From Lingula anatina (Eukaryota > Animalia > Brachiopoda), in contig CM120642.1 in the NCBI GenBank assembly GCA_051362555.1, positions 186,001 through 250,000 on the forward strand: a stretch of 64,000 nt of DNA. Direction: 5' to 3'. Shown piece by piece: positions 63,269 through 64,000 of this stretch; the first letter of the stretch is position 1, and every line of letters starts with the position of its first letter. The notes beneath the pieces were generated by a model that saw only the letters and a program-made list of their open reading frames with translations, had not been told where the DNA came from and did not search any database. Position numbers and translations under genes: made by a program.

Positions 63269-64000
63269 CTGGAGCTTATCTTTCTATCAACCTATCTTAG
63301 TCCCTGGGAGTTTCCCTGGGCATCTTACATCACATCACATCATCATCACACATAAATCCCTTTATTGTGACCAATAAATTATATATAATGTTGCAGAAAT
63401 CGTGACTTTGGCAATTTCTCCATGAAATACTAATTTTAGATCATAGCATGCTATGGTAAACTACCCCAAACCTATACCCAACATCCCCAAATCAAATGTC
63501 AAATCTTCAATTTCAAGGTTATTTGGACATTTCAAGGTGACATATTCACTTGGGCTAAAAATGATGTATTTTTGACCCACCTCCCCTAATCCACATATGC
63601 TCTTTCAGAATATGGGATCAGATTTAGCACATGGCCTTGTAATTGACCCTTTTCTTCAAGGTCATTCCACCCCTATTTTGCAGGGGAATCCTCCGCCACT
63701 GGCTTCAGCCAGTTGCAGTCTAGTTTTATTTGAAATTTGAAGGGTTTGATGACTGTCCATCGTTTACACGCTCCCTTCTTCCAAAAATGGGGTTTAAAAT
63801 ATTTTAAACGTTTTTTTAATGATTACGACGGAAACTTAATTATGAACCCCGCTTTAAAAAACTGTTAGAGACAAAACCAGTATTGTTTCGGGTATTAATA
63901 TAAATGCCAGTAAAATTATAACTATTATATCTCCAATATATAGAGGCTATTTGACTTTGGACAATGTGATGTAGTTGACATGCTGACCGCCTCATTCCAG

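Larger units (their letters stand above)
58328..63725 (+). mobile_element. Helentron/HINE-type non-autonomous element in head-to-tail array (~800-bp unit x3)
   Basis: 5' GGATTCCCCATAGGGGAATAC followed by (CTT)/(ATT)n; TGACCTT/AAGGTCA-rich core; each unit ends GGGGAATCC plus hairpin ACTGGCT-TC-AGCCAGT plus (C/T)TAGTT at ~59207, ~60008 and ~63723. Confidence 0.8.

Overview
AT-rich, intron-containing, repeat-dense DNA from an animal genome; the repeat repertoire suggests a marine invertebrate (inference). The host content is a minus-strand tandem cluster of three guanylate-binding-protein (GBP)-like large GTPase genes, reconstructed by hand from GT-AG sites and phases. Copy A starts at ATG 16194 and runs off the left edge. 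Copy B starts at ATG 28016, has six GBP exons, then apparently splices into an unrelated low-complexity tail and lacks most of the helical domain. Copy C contributes its last three exons (54745 to stop at 46854) and ends in an amphipathic RSFFGRLF motif rather than CaaX. A and B are close paralogs but differ at catalytic positions: B has Gln in place of the P-loop arginine finger, A has Arg in place of the switch-I threonine. Introns and intergenic DNA hold a Gypsy-type relic whose Gag begins with a ComEA-like helix-hairpin-helix domain, BEL/Pao pol fragments, a Tc1 (DD34E) copy, several PIF/Harbinger elements and MITEs (TWA and CWG target duplications, some nested), hAT, Kolobok and CACTA-type MITEs, a Helentron-like tandem array, a Penelope 3' end with a minimal hammerhead ribozyme, LINE fragments and a start-less THAP domain. 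All calls are by eye; no searches were run.
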